A DNA stretch of 63,260 nt, the filler included, from Octopus bimaculoides (lineage: Eukaryota): NCBI RefSeq assembly GCF_001194135.2. It is 4 parts of 3 records of this genome, joined end to end, with 100 filler letters (N's around TTAATTAATTAA, not from the genome) between each part and the next. Parts side by side here need not be neighbours in the genome. Positions count along the whole stretch, not along the records: positions 39,582 to 57,533 come from NC_068983.1; positions 57,634 to 63,260 come from NC_069000.1; 2 more parts are not named here. One strand, 5' to 3'. The translations under genes and the position numbers were made by a program. Each line of letters opens with the position of its first letter. The first letter of the stretch is position 1. This document shows positions 49,548 to 60,346 of this stretch, piece after piece. The notes under the pieces are model-generated. The model was given only the letters and a program-made list of their open reading frames with translations. It was not told the origin of the DNA and did no database searches.

Positions 49548-49755
49548 GAGCTGGCAGAATCGTTAGCATGCCAGGCGAAATGCTTAGCGGTATTTCGTCT
49601 TCAGCTACGTTCTGAGTTCAAATTACGCCGAGGTTGACTTTGCCTTTCATCCTTTCGGGGTCGCTAAATTAAGTACCAGTTGTGTACTGGGATCGATCTA
49701 ATTGATTTGCTTCCCCAAAAATTGCGGGCCTTGTGCCTAGAGTAGAAAAGATTAT
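49547..49755 (+). mobile_element. SINE family B inserted in (ATT)n
   Basis: gagctggcagaatcgttagcatgccaggcgaaatgcttagcggtatttcg...gcctttcatcctttcggggtcg...aagtaccag; (ATT)n on both sides. Confidence 0.9.
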
Positions 49756-49770
49756 TATTATTATTATTAT

Positions 49771-49922
49771 TCAGGTCACTGCCTGGAATCGAACTCGGAA
49801 TCTTGGGGTTAGTAACCCGCGCTCTTTACCACTACGCCATATGATCACGGGCATATGGCGTAGTGGTTAAGAGCGCGAGCTACTAAACCAGATTCCGAGT
49901 TCGATTCCAGGCAGTGACCTGA
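49771..49922. repeat. Palindromic head-to-head pair of tRNA-like sequences
   Basis: Arms of ~72 bp (49771-49843, 49852-49922), 8-nt spacer; each arm has TGGCGTAGTGG (A box) and GAGTTCGATTC (B box). Confidence 0.9.
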
Positions 49923-49934
49923 GTAATAATAATA

Positions 49935-50400
49935 CCGTAAATCCTCGAGTATAATCCGCATTTTTTTCCAAAAATTTAAATGTCAACATTCTTAGTCCGT
50001 ACTATACATGAGGTTAAAAATGAAGAACATTTTCTAAGCAATGTCCGAGTATCTATTTGCTGTCCGGTAATATTTATTCAGACACATTTTGTGATGTCGG
50101 GCGCGAAAATCCCTTAAGCTAATACCTTAAGCTGTATTTATTTTTCACTGACGTTATTACTGCTATTTCTTTATTTTCTGCAAAGTGCACAAAAACGCTA
50201 TACGTTTGCATTATGTTATATATACAATAATAATAAAGGACGTTACCGTATATGTTTACAAACCAAGGATGTTATACAGACCTCCTTGACTCAAGTTAGA
50301 GAGGGGGTGCATATTATACGCAAGATTTAGGTTTTTCGCAGATACAGCCCCCTAAAAATCCCCTGCGTCTTATACTCAAGGATTATATTCGAGAATTTAC

Positions 50401-50402
<2 letters not shown>
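49935..50402. mobile_element. Tc2/pogo-like non-autonomous DNA transposon, TA target duplication
   Basis: TA-CCGTAAATCCTCGAGTATAATCC ... GGATTATATTCGAGAATTTACGG-TA, inserted in (TAA)n. Confidence 0.9.
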
Positions 50403-50463
<61 letters not shown>

Positions 50464-50699
50464 GTCTGGATAGAGAGACGGTAAGACAATATCAAAACCA
50501 AAAATGGTTTGAAGGTTCTGAACTAAAGCAAGATTGGATTGTCACAAAAATGTTTTAGAATGAGTTGAAAAAAAGCAGAGGCTAACATCAGCTGTTATGT
50601 ACAATAGTCTACACATTATGTAATGAGTATACAGAAACTGTCTACCACATCCTTTCCCACTGTCATCTTTTTATATCGCCATAATTTATATCCATGTAG

Positions 50700-50709
50700 A
50701 CATGACCGG
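50700..50709 (+). CDS. Weak candidate 10-nt micro-exon (phase 1 to 2)
   Basis: ttatatccatgtag / GG|gtaaga; longer forms from an upstream AG are also open, so the start is ambiguous. Confidence 0.2.
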
Positions 50710-50960
50710 GTAAGAAAATATATCCACTGAGTAACACGCAGACACTTTCACATCGAAATAGAAAAGTAAATAACATAAGCAGGGCACCGGAAATGATGTG
50801 TATGTGAACAATGACATGGCTGCGATAATTTAGGACCTTGCCTTTGCAGATATGACAAAAAGATCAAAACGAACCGCACAGATATCATCATCAATTAGAG
50901 AAAAAAAAAAGCGGCAGGAAAGAAAAGAGACTGAATGAAAAATAAAATAATAGGCTATAG

Positions 50961-51051
50961 TAGATGTCGAGATGATACCTTCCGACCAAAAAACTTCGTC
51001 CTGGAGGGAAGGAACTTGAAAATTTATCAAGGCAGAAGGACGTGGAAATAT
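50961..51051 (+). CDS. Weak candidate exon (phase 2 to 0)
   Basis: Donor TAT|gtaaga; RCRDDTFRPKNFVLEGRNLKIYQGRRTWKY; acceptor is purine-rich and weak. Confidence 0.25.
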
Positions 51052-51117
51052 GTAAGATATGGGGTACAACGGTTAAATAGTAGCAATGATGATCGCTGCA
51101 CTAGTTTTATAAAGGAT

Positions 51118-51366
51118 ATCTCTTTTACTTGTCTCAATCATTTGTCTGCAGCCATGCTGGAGCACTAACTTAAAGGGTTTAGTTGAGCAAATTGACCACA
51201 GCACTTTTTTTTTCCTTTGTTTCAGCCTGGTACTTATTCGATCGGTTTCTTTTTGTAGTACTGCTAGTTTACAGGTACGTGAACAAAGTGGCACATACAA
51301 ACATACATACATACATACATACATACAAACATGCATACGTATACATATATACATATACACACATGC

Positions 51367-51419
<53 letters not shown>

Positions 51420-51429
51420 TGTATATATG

Positions 51430-51487
<58 letters not shown>

Positions 51488-51693
51488 TGTATATATGTAT
51501 GTATATATATATATATATATATAATATATATATATATATACGTCGGGCTTCTTTCAGTTTCCGCCTACCAAATCCACACACATGGTTTAGGTCAACCCAA
51601 GGCTACAGTAGAAAACATCTGTCCAAACTGTTACATTGTAAGACTGAACTTGACACCAACTGATTGAAAAGAAAACTTCTTACCACTCAGCCA
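51118..51693 (-). mobile_element. SINE family A, full length with expanded microsatellite
   Basis: Tail gcagccatgctggagcac...ctggtacttattcgatcgg; head cgtcgggcttctttcagtttccgcctaccaaatccac...accactcagccacacc. Confidence 0.8.
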
Positions 51694-51984
51694 CACCTAC
51701 GCACATATGAACAAAAACGAATTCCACAAACCCCAGGAGGTAAAGCAGTGTCTGTGGCCCTCATACAGCCTTCAGGACTAGAGGGTGAGAAGAAGGGAGG
51801 AATATATTCGGACCTAGTCCGAATTCTTACAACAGTGATTGATTGTGGTGTTAAATCGGGTGATGGATTAAATCTACCACCCAAAAAGGATAATGCAGGA
51901 TTTGAATTCTGAACTCAAAAAGTGGAACTGTAAGGCACCTGGTTCCATTTTCTTACAGTTCCGCCACTCCACCGCCACTGATTA

Positions 51985-52060
51985 ATACAGACGTATCGAT
52001 CCCGAAAAGATGAAAAGCAGTTGATCTCGGTGAGACTTGAATTCACAGCGCAAAGAGCCG
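51985..52060 (-). mobile_element. SINE family B fragment
   Basis: atcgatcccgaaaagatgaaaagcagttgatctcggtgagacttgaattc. Confidence 0.55.
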
Positions 52061-52233
52061 GGGCGAATCAAAATAAGGTATTGTAGAGACATCATAATGC
52101 CTTTCGACCAAAAAACTTCGTCCGGAATACAAAGTTTATCTTGGCAGAATTCATACCCACAGTGCAAAAAGCTTACTTCGAAATCGACTATCCATCGCGC
52201 TTGTGCCTACAACAGAAAGGATTATTATTAAGG

Positions 52234-52405
52234 CTGCTAGCTGGCAGAATCGTTAGCGCGCCGGGCAAAATGCTTGGCAGCATTTTGTCCGACTTTGCCT
52301 TTCATCCTTTCGGAGTTGATAAAATAAGTACCAGTTGAATACTGGGGTCGATGAAATCGACTTACACCCTCTCTCGAAATTGCGGGCCTTGTGTCAAACT
52401 TTAAA
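52234..52405 (+). mobile_element. SINE family B, internally deleted
   Basis: gctggcagaatcgttagcgcgccgggcaaaatgctt...gactttgcctttcatcctttcggagttgataaaataagtaccag. Confidence 0.85.
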
Positions 52406-52464
52406 ACCAGTATTAGTAACAGCTGCAGCAACAACAGCTGCAGTATTATTATTATTATTATTAT

Positions 52465-52523
<59 letters not shown>

Positions 52524-52914
52524 ACGCTTTGGTTCTACATGATTAACACCCCACACGTAGCACTTACTCGAAGCAAACCCCTTCACCTCTACCTGTGACT
52601 ATAAAAGAACTATCCTCAGCAAACAAACGAACAAAAAAAAAACACTAAACAAACACAATAAACAAAATACATCCACAAAACAACTAATTAGATATATTGC
52701 AAGATCATCCCCTCTTTCTCTTTCTATCTTCACCATCTCTTTCTCTCTCTTTCTTTCTTTCTCTGTCTCCATCTCCCTCTCTCACTTTCTCTCTCCCCAC
52801 CCCTACACACACCAAGAACCAAAAGAACACAACTTAGAGCATATTTACATGTTTTCATGGAGCTGTGAACATCTGGCATCGCACTGATGAACGCACACAA
52901 GTATTTCTAATACG

Positions 52915-52992
52915 CATGTAGTAGTAGTAGTAGTAGTAGTAGCAGTAGTAGTAGTAGCAGCAGCAGTAGTAGTAGTAGTAGTAGCAGCAGTT

Positions 52993-53048
<56 letters not shown>

Positions 53049-53050
53049 TG
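52915..53050. repeat. (GTA)n/(GCA)n trinucleotide repeat
   Basis: Directly visible; a similar tract lies at 52443-52523. Confidence 0.9.
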
Positions 53051-53272
53051 TTGTGGTTGTTTAATCCAAAGTCCACTCTGACTGGGCAGAGTTATGATCA
53101 AATGCATTCAGGCTGTGACCAACCTGTCTTTCAGGCCATCCAAGCAATGTGTCCATTCCTTTGTAAGTTTTTAGGACAATCGGAAATGAATTTAAGTGAG
53201 ATGCAGCAGCTACTTCACAACGTGACAGTTTCAGAAAACGCCTTTTACTTATAGCCCAGGAATCGTGTAATG

Positions 53273-53528
53273 CAGTGTTTCTCAACCACTTTTTACTTCT
53301 GGGCCCTTTTGATCCCTATTTTACTCTACGGGATCCTCTGTAGCCATTTGATTTCTAAAAAGAAACCCAACTGTATTTTTATAATTAAATATTATTAGGA
53401 ATCGTATATAAGAAATTGTTTAAGTATTTTGTGTATAGTTGAAGTACAACCAATTTATTGCAGATAAATTTTAACAAAATCTTATGAGGACCCCCAAGGA
53501 TCATATGAACACCGGTTGAGAACTACTG
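53273..53528. mobile_element. hAT (Charlie-type) MITE with 8-bp target duplication
   Basis: CAGTGTTTCTCAACC ... GGTTGAGAACTACTG; flanks gtgtaatg / gtttaatg (7 of 8). Confidence 0.9.
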
Positions 53529-53588
53529 GTTTAATGTATTATGAGCTATTTTGTCAAGGAGGAAACTATATGGAAACTAGTCGTGTCT

Positions 53589-54001
53589 ACTTTTGTACTC
53601 TTACTCTTTTACTAGTTTCAGTCATTTGACTGCGTCCATGCTGGGGCACCGCCTTTAGTCGAGCAAATCGACCCCAGGACTTACTCTTTGTAAGCCTAGT
53701 ACTTATTCTATCGGTCTCTTTTTGCCGAACCGCTAAGTTACGGGGACTTAAACACACCAGCATCGGTTGGCAAGCGAAGTTGTGGCGGGGGGCAAACACA
53801 GACACACAAACATAAACACACACATACATATATATATACATATATACGACAGGCTTCTTTCAGTTTCCGTCTACTAAATCCACTCACAAGGCTTTGGTCG
53901 GCCCGAGGCTATAATAGAAGTCACTTGCCCAAGGTGCCACGCAGTGGGACTGAACCCGGAACCATGTGGTTGGTAAGCAAGCTACTTACCACAGAGCCAT
54001 A
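53589..54001 (-). mobile_element. SINE family A, full length, little diverged
   Basis: tcagtcatttgactgcgtccatgctgggg...cacttgcccaaggtgccacgcagtgggactgaacccggaaccatgtggttggtaagcaagctacttaccacagagcc. Confidence 0.9.
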
Positions 54002-54407
54002 CCTGTCTGTTTATATGAACATTTGCAGGGTGGGAGGGTTGAGTATTTGTGTGTGGGGGGGTACACTTGTATTTGTTTCACCCCCCCCTCGCTTGACAAT
54101 ATGTGTTCATTTGTTTATTTCTCGATAGGTTAGTAAAATGAGACCCTTATAAAAATTACCCGACTTAATTAATATTAATGAGATCTGTTTCTTCGACTAA
54201 ACCCTCCAAGCAGGTTCCCTGCATGTCTGAAGCATGTAAAATAATAAAAATCAATCACCAAAAAAGTTTCACGTTCATATTTTAAATGTTGTTCCACATA
54301 CGCTCCTTCGTCAGCGTTAGCTTTAAAAATACAGAGACCCAGTGATTCGAATGTAAGCATATTTGCATCCAACGACGCTATTGTTCACCCGAAAATAATT
54401 TGTCTCA

Positions 54408-54800
54408 TTTATCTTTCATTTATTTCAGTCAATTGACTGCGGCCGCGTTAGAGCACCATCTTGAAAGGTTTAGTCGAACAAATTGACAGAAACACGCATG
54501 CGCGCGCACACACACATTTATATACACATATAAGCTGGCTAGAATTGCTGTGTGGGAAGAAGTTTGCTTCCCAGCCATGTTGTTTCGAGCTCGATCCCAC
54601 TGCATGGCATTCGCACAAGTGTCTGCTACTGTAGTTCCGTGCCAACCAAAGCCTTGCGAGTGGGTTTGTGGACGGAAACTGAAAGAAGCCTTTCGTATTA
54701 ATAGATGCGCGTATATATCTGTATATGTGAGTGCCTCTGTGTTTGTGTCTAGTAGAACGCTGCCCAAGGTGCCGTGTAGTGGGATCGAACCTGAAACCAA
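54408..54800. mobile_element. Cluster of SINE A pieces in mixed orientation
   Basis: Tail (-) 54408-54490, head (+) 54545-54712, head fragment (-) 54752-54800. Confidence 0.75.
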
Positions 54801-55689
54801 GAGGTTTCGCATAGCGAGCTAAAACAAATATACACTCAACATTCCTGAAACTTTAAAGTTTTACAAATTAGATAAGATTATGTGCCGTACAGAGAAGAGG
54901 AACTTAAGTTTATCCCTTCATTGAAGTGGGAAAAGTGGAGAACGTTAGAAACATATTTATGCAAAACAAAACAAAATAAAAAGAGAAAAAGAAAAGAACA
55001 GACAAAAACTCGTAATACATAAACGACAGCATAAAACACATATACAAATCTTTGATGTTCTCTTTAACATGTCTTCCCCTTCTCTCGCTTTGTCCCTTGT
55101 GTCTATCTTTCTCATTTTTTTTTTTTTTTTGTTATTCTCTCCTCCCTAATCTCACTCAGTTTGATTCCTCTTTCTTTTATTTCTCCACCCCACTTGCTGT
55201 TATGTCAAAACCATCAAATCTGTTTTCAACCACCTCTCTTCGCCTTCCTTTTACTAATGTCAACCTAATTCCTTCTCCACTACCAACACCACCAGCATCA
55301 ACAGGAACTGCAATAGCACCACTACCACCACCAGTAACAACAACAATAATTTTCCTCTTTCTTCACTCCCCACACATACACATATACACAATTATTAAGC
55401 CATCAAAACATATCCTTTTATTTCCACCTCCACATCTATATCCACCACTGCCACTATAACTTTCTCCTCTTCCCTCCACTCTCTCCCTCACTTCCTCTCT
55501 CCATGACATCCCTCTGTGTGCTTTACTTTACAATCTCTTCTACCCCACCTAGTTCATCTCTTTTATCCACGCCAAGTTTTTATTCCTCTTTTTTCCCATC
55601 TTATAACAACATGATTGTCACCGCACTCCCATTTAACAGCAATGAAGGAACCCCTACATGGTCTCTGGCCAATGAAGAAATCTCTACAT

Positions 55690-55944
55690 CAGTAGTTTTC
55701 AACAGGGGTCCATATGACCCTTGGGAATCCATATAAGATTTTGTTGTTAAAATTAATGCCTCATAAATCGCTTATATTTCTACAAAACACGAAATATTTT
55801 TACGATTTCTTTTACATAATTTCTAATAATATTTAATCATAAAAATATAATGGGATTTTTTAAAGCATCAAATAGCTACGAGGGTCCACTCGAGTAAAAT
55901 AGGAATCAAAGGGGTCTATAGGCCAAAATTGTTGAGAACCACGG
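55690..55944. mobile_element. Second copy of the hAT MITE, opposite orientation
   Basis: CAGTAGTTTTCAAC ... GTTGAGAACCACGG; interior is the reverse complement of 53273-53528. Confidence 0.8.
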
Positions 55945-56429
55945 CTCTGGTTGTCCAACATACAAGAAATAACAGCAAAGTTTCTTTCGAGTCAAACCTC
56001 AACGTCCTAAAAGAAAACCGACGGTGAGGTGGGTAAGGCGCAGTGGAAATTATGGTCCTGGATATTCAAAACGACAGGATGGCCAAAACTTTTATCATAA
56101 ATTTTGTTGATCAGGGCTGACCTAGGCTTAAATTACACACGCATGCACCTGCGTGTGTGCGAGCACACACACATACACGCGCGCCACATTAACCCTTATA
56201 CGCGTACAGGTGGACGGCCAGAATCACCAAAACGTTGGCCAAAAACACCTTGCAGTATTTGTCCCGGTTCCTTACGTTCAGAGATAAGATATCCTCCCCG
56301 CTTTTTTGTTTCAACAAGACATGGTCGTTCTCAACCCAAATATATTAATGGATTCAACCACTTTATAATTAGTCACTTGTTGTTGCACTTTCAAATAATT
56401 GCTTATAAATGCAATTTTCATTTATCGTA

Positions 56430-56488
<59 letters not shown>

Positions 56489-56489
<1 letters not shown>

Positions 56490-56625
56490 TGGGTTGGCCA
56501 AAAAGTTCGTTCGCTTTTCCAAGAAATTTAATGTTGTGGGCAAATTCACTATTCCATGCTCAAATAATTCCTTGCTTTTACTAGCGAAAAACTCTTCTAA
56601 CGTGATCTTTTACAGCCTCTTCAGA
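56489..56625 (-). mobile_element. Mariner 3' end (TIR plus transposase C-terminus)
   Basis: ttgggttggccaaaaagttcgttcg TIR; minus strand KITLEEFFASKSKELFEHGI. Confidence 0.75.
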
Positions 56626-57185
56626 GATGAAGGTCCGTGTATTCAATTAATTTTGAAGAAGTTGAAGCAGGCGCAAATCGGAAGGCGCAAAGTCAAGCAA
56701 ATATGGAGGGGGAGACAAAGCTTCTCTGCAAAGCCCCACTAACGTCTGCCGCGTCTGCAAAGAAACCTGCGGTCTGATATTGCTGTGATGAAGGACAATG
56801 CCCTTACGACTAGCAATGACTATGTGTGTGATTCATTCATATCTGTTGCTGACCAGAGTGTGACGCATGATTTCCATCGTTATTTATAAACTGTTCGTAC
56901 TATTTGAAAATACAGTTTGTTGATGTATATTTAAGAATATCAATTGAAAATACCTTATGTAAAATTAATCTTAAAGTAAATGTTGTAATTGTGTATGAGA
57001 AGATTTTACTATATAGATATAAAGAAATAATGGTTTTGTGATAAAGGGATTCGCGACATAATCATGCAATTCTAAGTTCGGTTTATCTGGATGATAATTT
57101 GACCAAGTAACTTATTCTATATTCACGTTTAACCGACAATGTGCAACTGAAATGTGGTAGAGAGAAATTGTAATATATACATGTA

Positions 57186-57530
57186 GTTGGCACTCTGTCG
57201 GTTACGGCGATGAGAGTTCCAGTTGATTTGATCAATGGAACAGTCTGCTCGTGAAATTAACGTGCAAATGGCTGAGCACTCCACAGACACGTGTACCTTT
57301 AACGTAGTTCTCGGGGAGATTCAGCGTGACACAGAGTTTGACAAGGCTGGCCCCTTTGAAATACAGGTACAACAGAAACAGGAAGAAAGAGTGAGAGAAA
57401 ATTGTGGCGAGAGAGTACAGCAGGGTTCACCACCACCCTCTGGCGGAGACTCGTGGAGCTTTAGGTGTTTACGGTCAATAAACACTCACAACACCCGGTC
57501 TGGGAATCAAAACCGCGACCCCACGACCGC
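57186..57530 (-). mobile_element. SINE family C variant
   Basis: ggcactctgtcggttacggcgatgagagttccag...gtgaaattaacgtgcaa...gattcagcgtgacacagag...tttgaaatacaggtac; different head region. Confidence 0.85.
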
Positions 57531-57917
57531 AAGNNNNNNNNNNNNNNNNNNNNNNNNNNNNNNNNNNNNNNNNNNNNTTAATTAATTAANNNNNNNNNNN
57601 NNNNNNNNNNNNNNNNNNNNNNNNNNNNNNNNNGTGTGACTTTGTGAGTGTGACTTTGTGAGTGTGACTTTGTGAGTGCGTATGTTTGTGTGTTTGTGTG
57701 TGTGTGTGGCTATGTTCTGGTAAGTGTGTGGCTGTGTGACTGAAAAATAGATGGGATTTGAATAGTTCATGACAGAATGATATACATTTCAGTGTATAAT
57801 TATTGCTTCTTCTTGTTCTATAAGACATTCTCTGTAGATCATAAGTGTAGCTTAGAGTAGATTAACTATAGTGTGCAATATCCATATTTGCTTTGTTGAT
57901 TCCTTCGTCCTTGGCAG

Positions 57918-57959
57918 GAAGTGAACTTGGAAGGCACAAGTTTCCGTATTTTGGCTGAG
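57918..57959 (+). CDS. Candidate 42-nt exon (phase 0 to 0)
   Basis: Strong acceptor tttgctttgttgattccttcgtccttggcag; donor GAG|gtaacc; EVNLEGTSFRILAE is the only open frame. Confidence 0.5.
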
Positions 57960-58219
57960 GTAACCAATTGTAACAATCTCAGAATTCAACTGGTGTTTTA
58001 CCGTGGATGAATAGCAAAGCTGACCGAGTGCTTTAATATTAATTTTAATGTACAGACACAATATAAAAAATAATGTAGGTGTTGAGTACAAATGATTGAA
58101 TTAATCCAAAAGAAAGTCTTCTTGATCGCTGATCCTGTTAGAGAGTGTAGCCAAGTCACTTATGAAACAAAAACCTATAAGGATTCACCGAGTACTATAG
58201 TCCATGCTAAACTATATAT

Positions 58220-58467
58220 AGTGGCACTCCGTCGGTTAAGATACGTGTACTCTTAACGTAGTTCTCAGGGAAATTCAGAGTGACAAGGCTGGCTTTTTGA
58301 AATACAAGTACTACTCATCTTAGTACTACTCATTTTCGCCTGCTTAGTGGACTGGAGCAAAGTGAAATTAAGTGTCTTGCTCAAAGACACAATACTTCCC
58401 CGGGAATTGAACTCACAACCTTGCGATCTTGAACCGAATACTCTAACTACTAACCCACGCACCTTCC
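58220..58467 (-). mobile_element. SINE family C, internally deleted
   Basis: ggcactccgtcggtt...gtagttctcaggg...agtggactggagcaa...tgtcttgctcaaag...gggaattgaactcacaacc. Confidence 0.85.
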
Positions 58468-58726
58468 CAATTTAAACTATATCTGATATTAATCCTGAAA
58501 TACGTCTTATAAGTCTACTCCATCAGGGCTGACATGTCGATAAATACCAAGAAGAAGAAGAACAACAGTAACTGGTTCTAAATTTATCCACTCATCTTGC
58601 ACTTTAGTAAAAAAAACAAAAAAGAACGCACAGTTTTCTTGCGTAGGTATAGAACTTAGAACACATGTTATATTATCTAAGCCATCTGTCGGTTAGGGCT
58701 GATCATGTTTTACGTATACTTCAAAG

Positions 58727-58844
58727 GTTCGTTTCCTGGAAGCAGGAGATCTCAGCAAGGTTTCTCTATGGAAAACTAATGATTGTCCGAACATGCAACT
58801 ATCTCTTCTATGCATTGACGATGTTGCCTTGCAGAAAGACATCG
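58727..58844 (+). CDS. Candidate exon (phase 0 to 1; may extend to a second donor at 58979)
   Basis: tatacttcaaag / CG|gtgagt; VRFLEAGDLSKVSLWKTNDCPNMQLSLLCIDDVALQKDI; the frame stays open through GEYNLQSMVFQLYSEGKYLMALRSTETSLPVPQPG to AAG|gtgttt. Confidence 0.6.
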
Positions 58845-59041
58845 GTGAGTATAACTTACAATCAATGGTCTTTCAGCTGTACTCAGAAGGCAAATACCTC
58901 ATGGCACTTCGCTCAACAGAGACAAGTCTGCCAGTTCCTCAACCTGGAATGCTACATGTCATATTGCTATGTTTAAAGGTGTTTTCTTATATCGACACAA
59001 GGACATAAACATTTATGAACAAATGAAGTGTGTGTGTGTGC

Positions 59042-59072
<31 letters not shown>

Positions 59073-60346
59073 AACATACATATATATATACATATATATA
59101 TGCATATAAATATACANNNNNNNNNNNNNNNNNNNNNNNNNNNNNNNNNNNNNNNNNNNNNNNNNNNNNNNNNNNNNNNNNNNNNNNNNNNNNNNNNNNN
59201 NNNNNNNNNNNNNNNNNNNNNNNNNNNNNNNNNNNNNNNNNNNNNNNNNNNNNNNNNNNNNNNNNNNNNNNNNNNNNNNNNNNNNNNNNNNNNNNNNNNN
59301 NNNNNNNNNNNNNNNNNNNNNNNNNNNNNNNNNNNNNNNNNNNNNNNNNNNNNNNNNNNNNNNNNNNNNNNNNNNNNNNNNNNNNNNNNNNNNNNNNNNN
59401 NNNNNNNNNNNNNNNNNNNNNNNNNNNNNNNNNNNNNNNNNNNNNNNNNNNNNNNNNNNNNNNNNNNNNNNNNNNNNNNNNNNNNNNNNNNNNNNNNNNN
59501 NNNNNNNNNNNNNNNNNNNNNNNNNNNNNNNNNNNNNNNNNNNNNNNNNNNNNNNNNNNNNNNNNNNNNNNNNNNNNNNNNNNNNNNNNNNNNNNNNNNN
59601 NNNNNNNNNNNNNNNNNNNNNNNNNNNNNNNNNNNNNNNNNNNNNNNNNNNNNNNNNNNNNNNNNNNNNNNNNNNNNNNNNNNNNNNNNNNNNNNNNNNN
59701 NNNNNNNNNNNNNNNNNNNNNNNNNNNNNNNNNNNNNNNNNNNNNNNNNNNNNNNNNNNNNNNNNNNNNNNNNNNNNNNNNNNNNNNNNNNNNNNNNNNN
59801 NNNNNNNNNNNNNNNNNNNNNNNNNNNNNNNNNNNNNNNNNNNNNNNNNNNNNNNNNNNNNNNNNNNNNNNNNNNNNNNNNNNNNNNNNNNNNNNNNNNN
59901 NNNNNNNNNNNNNNNNNNNNNNNNNNNNNNNNNNNNNNNNNNNNNNNNNNNNNNNNNNNNNNNNNNNNNNNNNNNNNNNNNNNNNNNNNNNNNNNNNNNN
60001 NNNNNNNNNNTATATAAATTTATATATATAACAATTTCTTCTTTAAGAGCACGTGTGAGAGAGATACTTACATTTATGTATATATATATATACCTATATA
60101 TATACATATATATATGCATATAAATATACATACAGATATATATACATATATACATATACATGCATACACACACATATATATGTATATATATGTACATGCC
60201 CATGAGTCCATCTATATTTCTGTAGATGGAATTATGTATAATATATGTAACAAATACGTACACACAGGTACACATATGTATGTATGTATGTTTGTATGTA
60301 CGTATGTTTGTATGTATGTATGTTTGTATGTATGTATGTATGTATG

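Larger units (their letters stand above)
49340..49843 (-). mobile_element. tRNA-headed, hammerhead-tailed non-autonomous retroelement (interrupted by a SINE B)
   Basis: Minus strand order: tRNA-like head 49843-49771, (AAT)n, then a tail containing a hammerhead motif at 49444-49398. Confidence 0.6.

Noticed and set aside
49771-49922. Possible bona fide tRNA genes
   Set aside because: No proper acceptor stem or oligo-T terminator, and the anticodon arms differ between copies; these are SINE-type heads. The same applies to SINE A, B and C heads.
55050-55570. Pro/Ser/Thr-rich ORFs at 55052-55736
   Set aside because: CT/CCA-rich low-complexity sequence with no splice or codon support.
57634-57676. 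14-bp tandem repeat gtgtgactttgtga x3
   Set aside because: Ordinary minisatellite at a gap edge.
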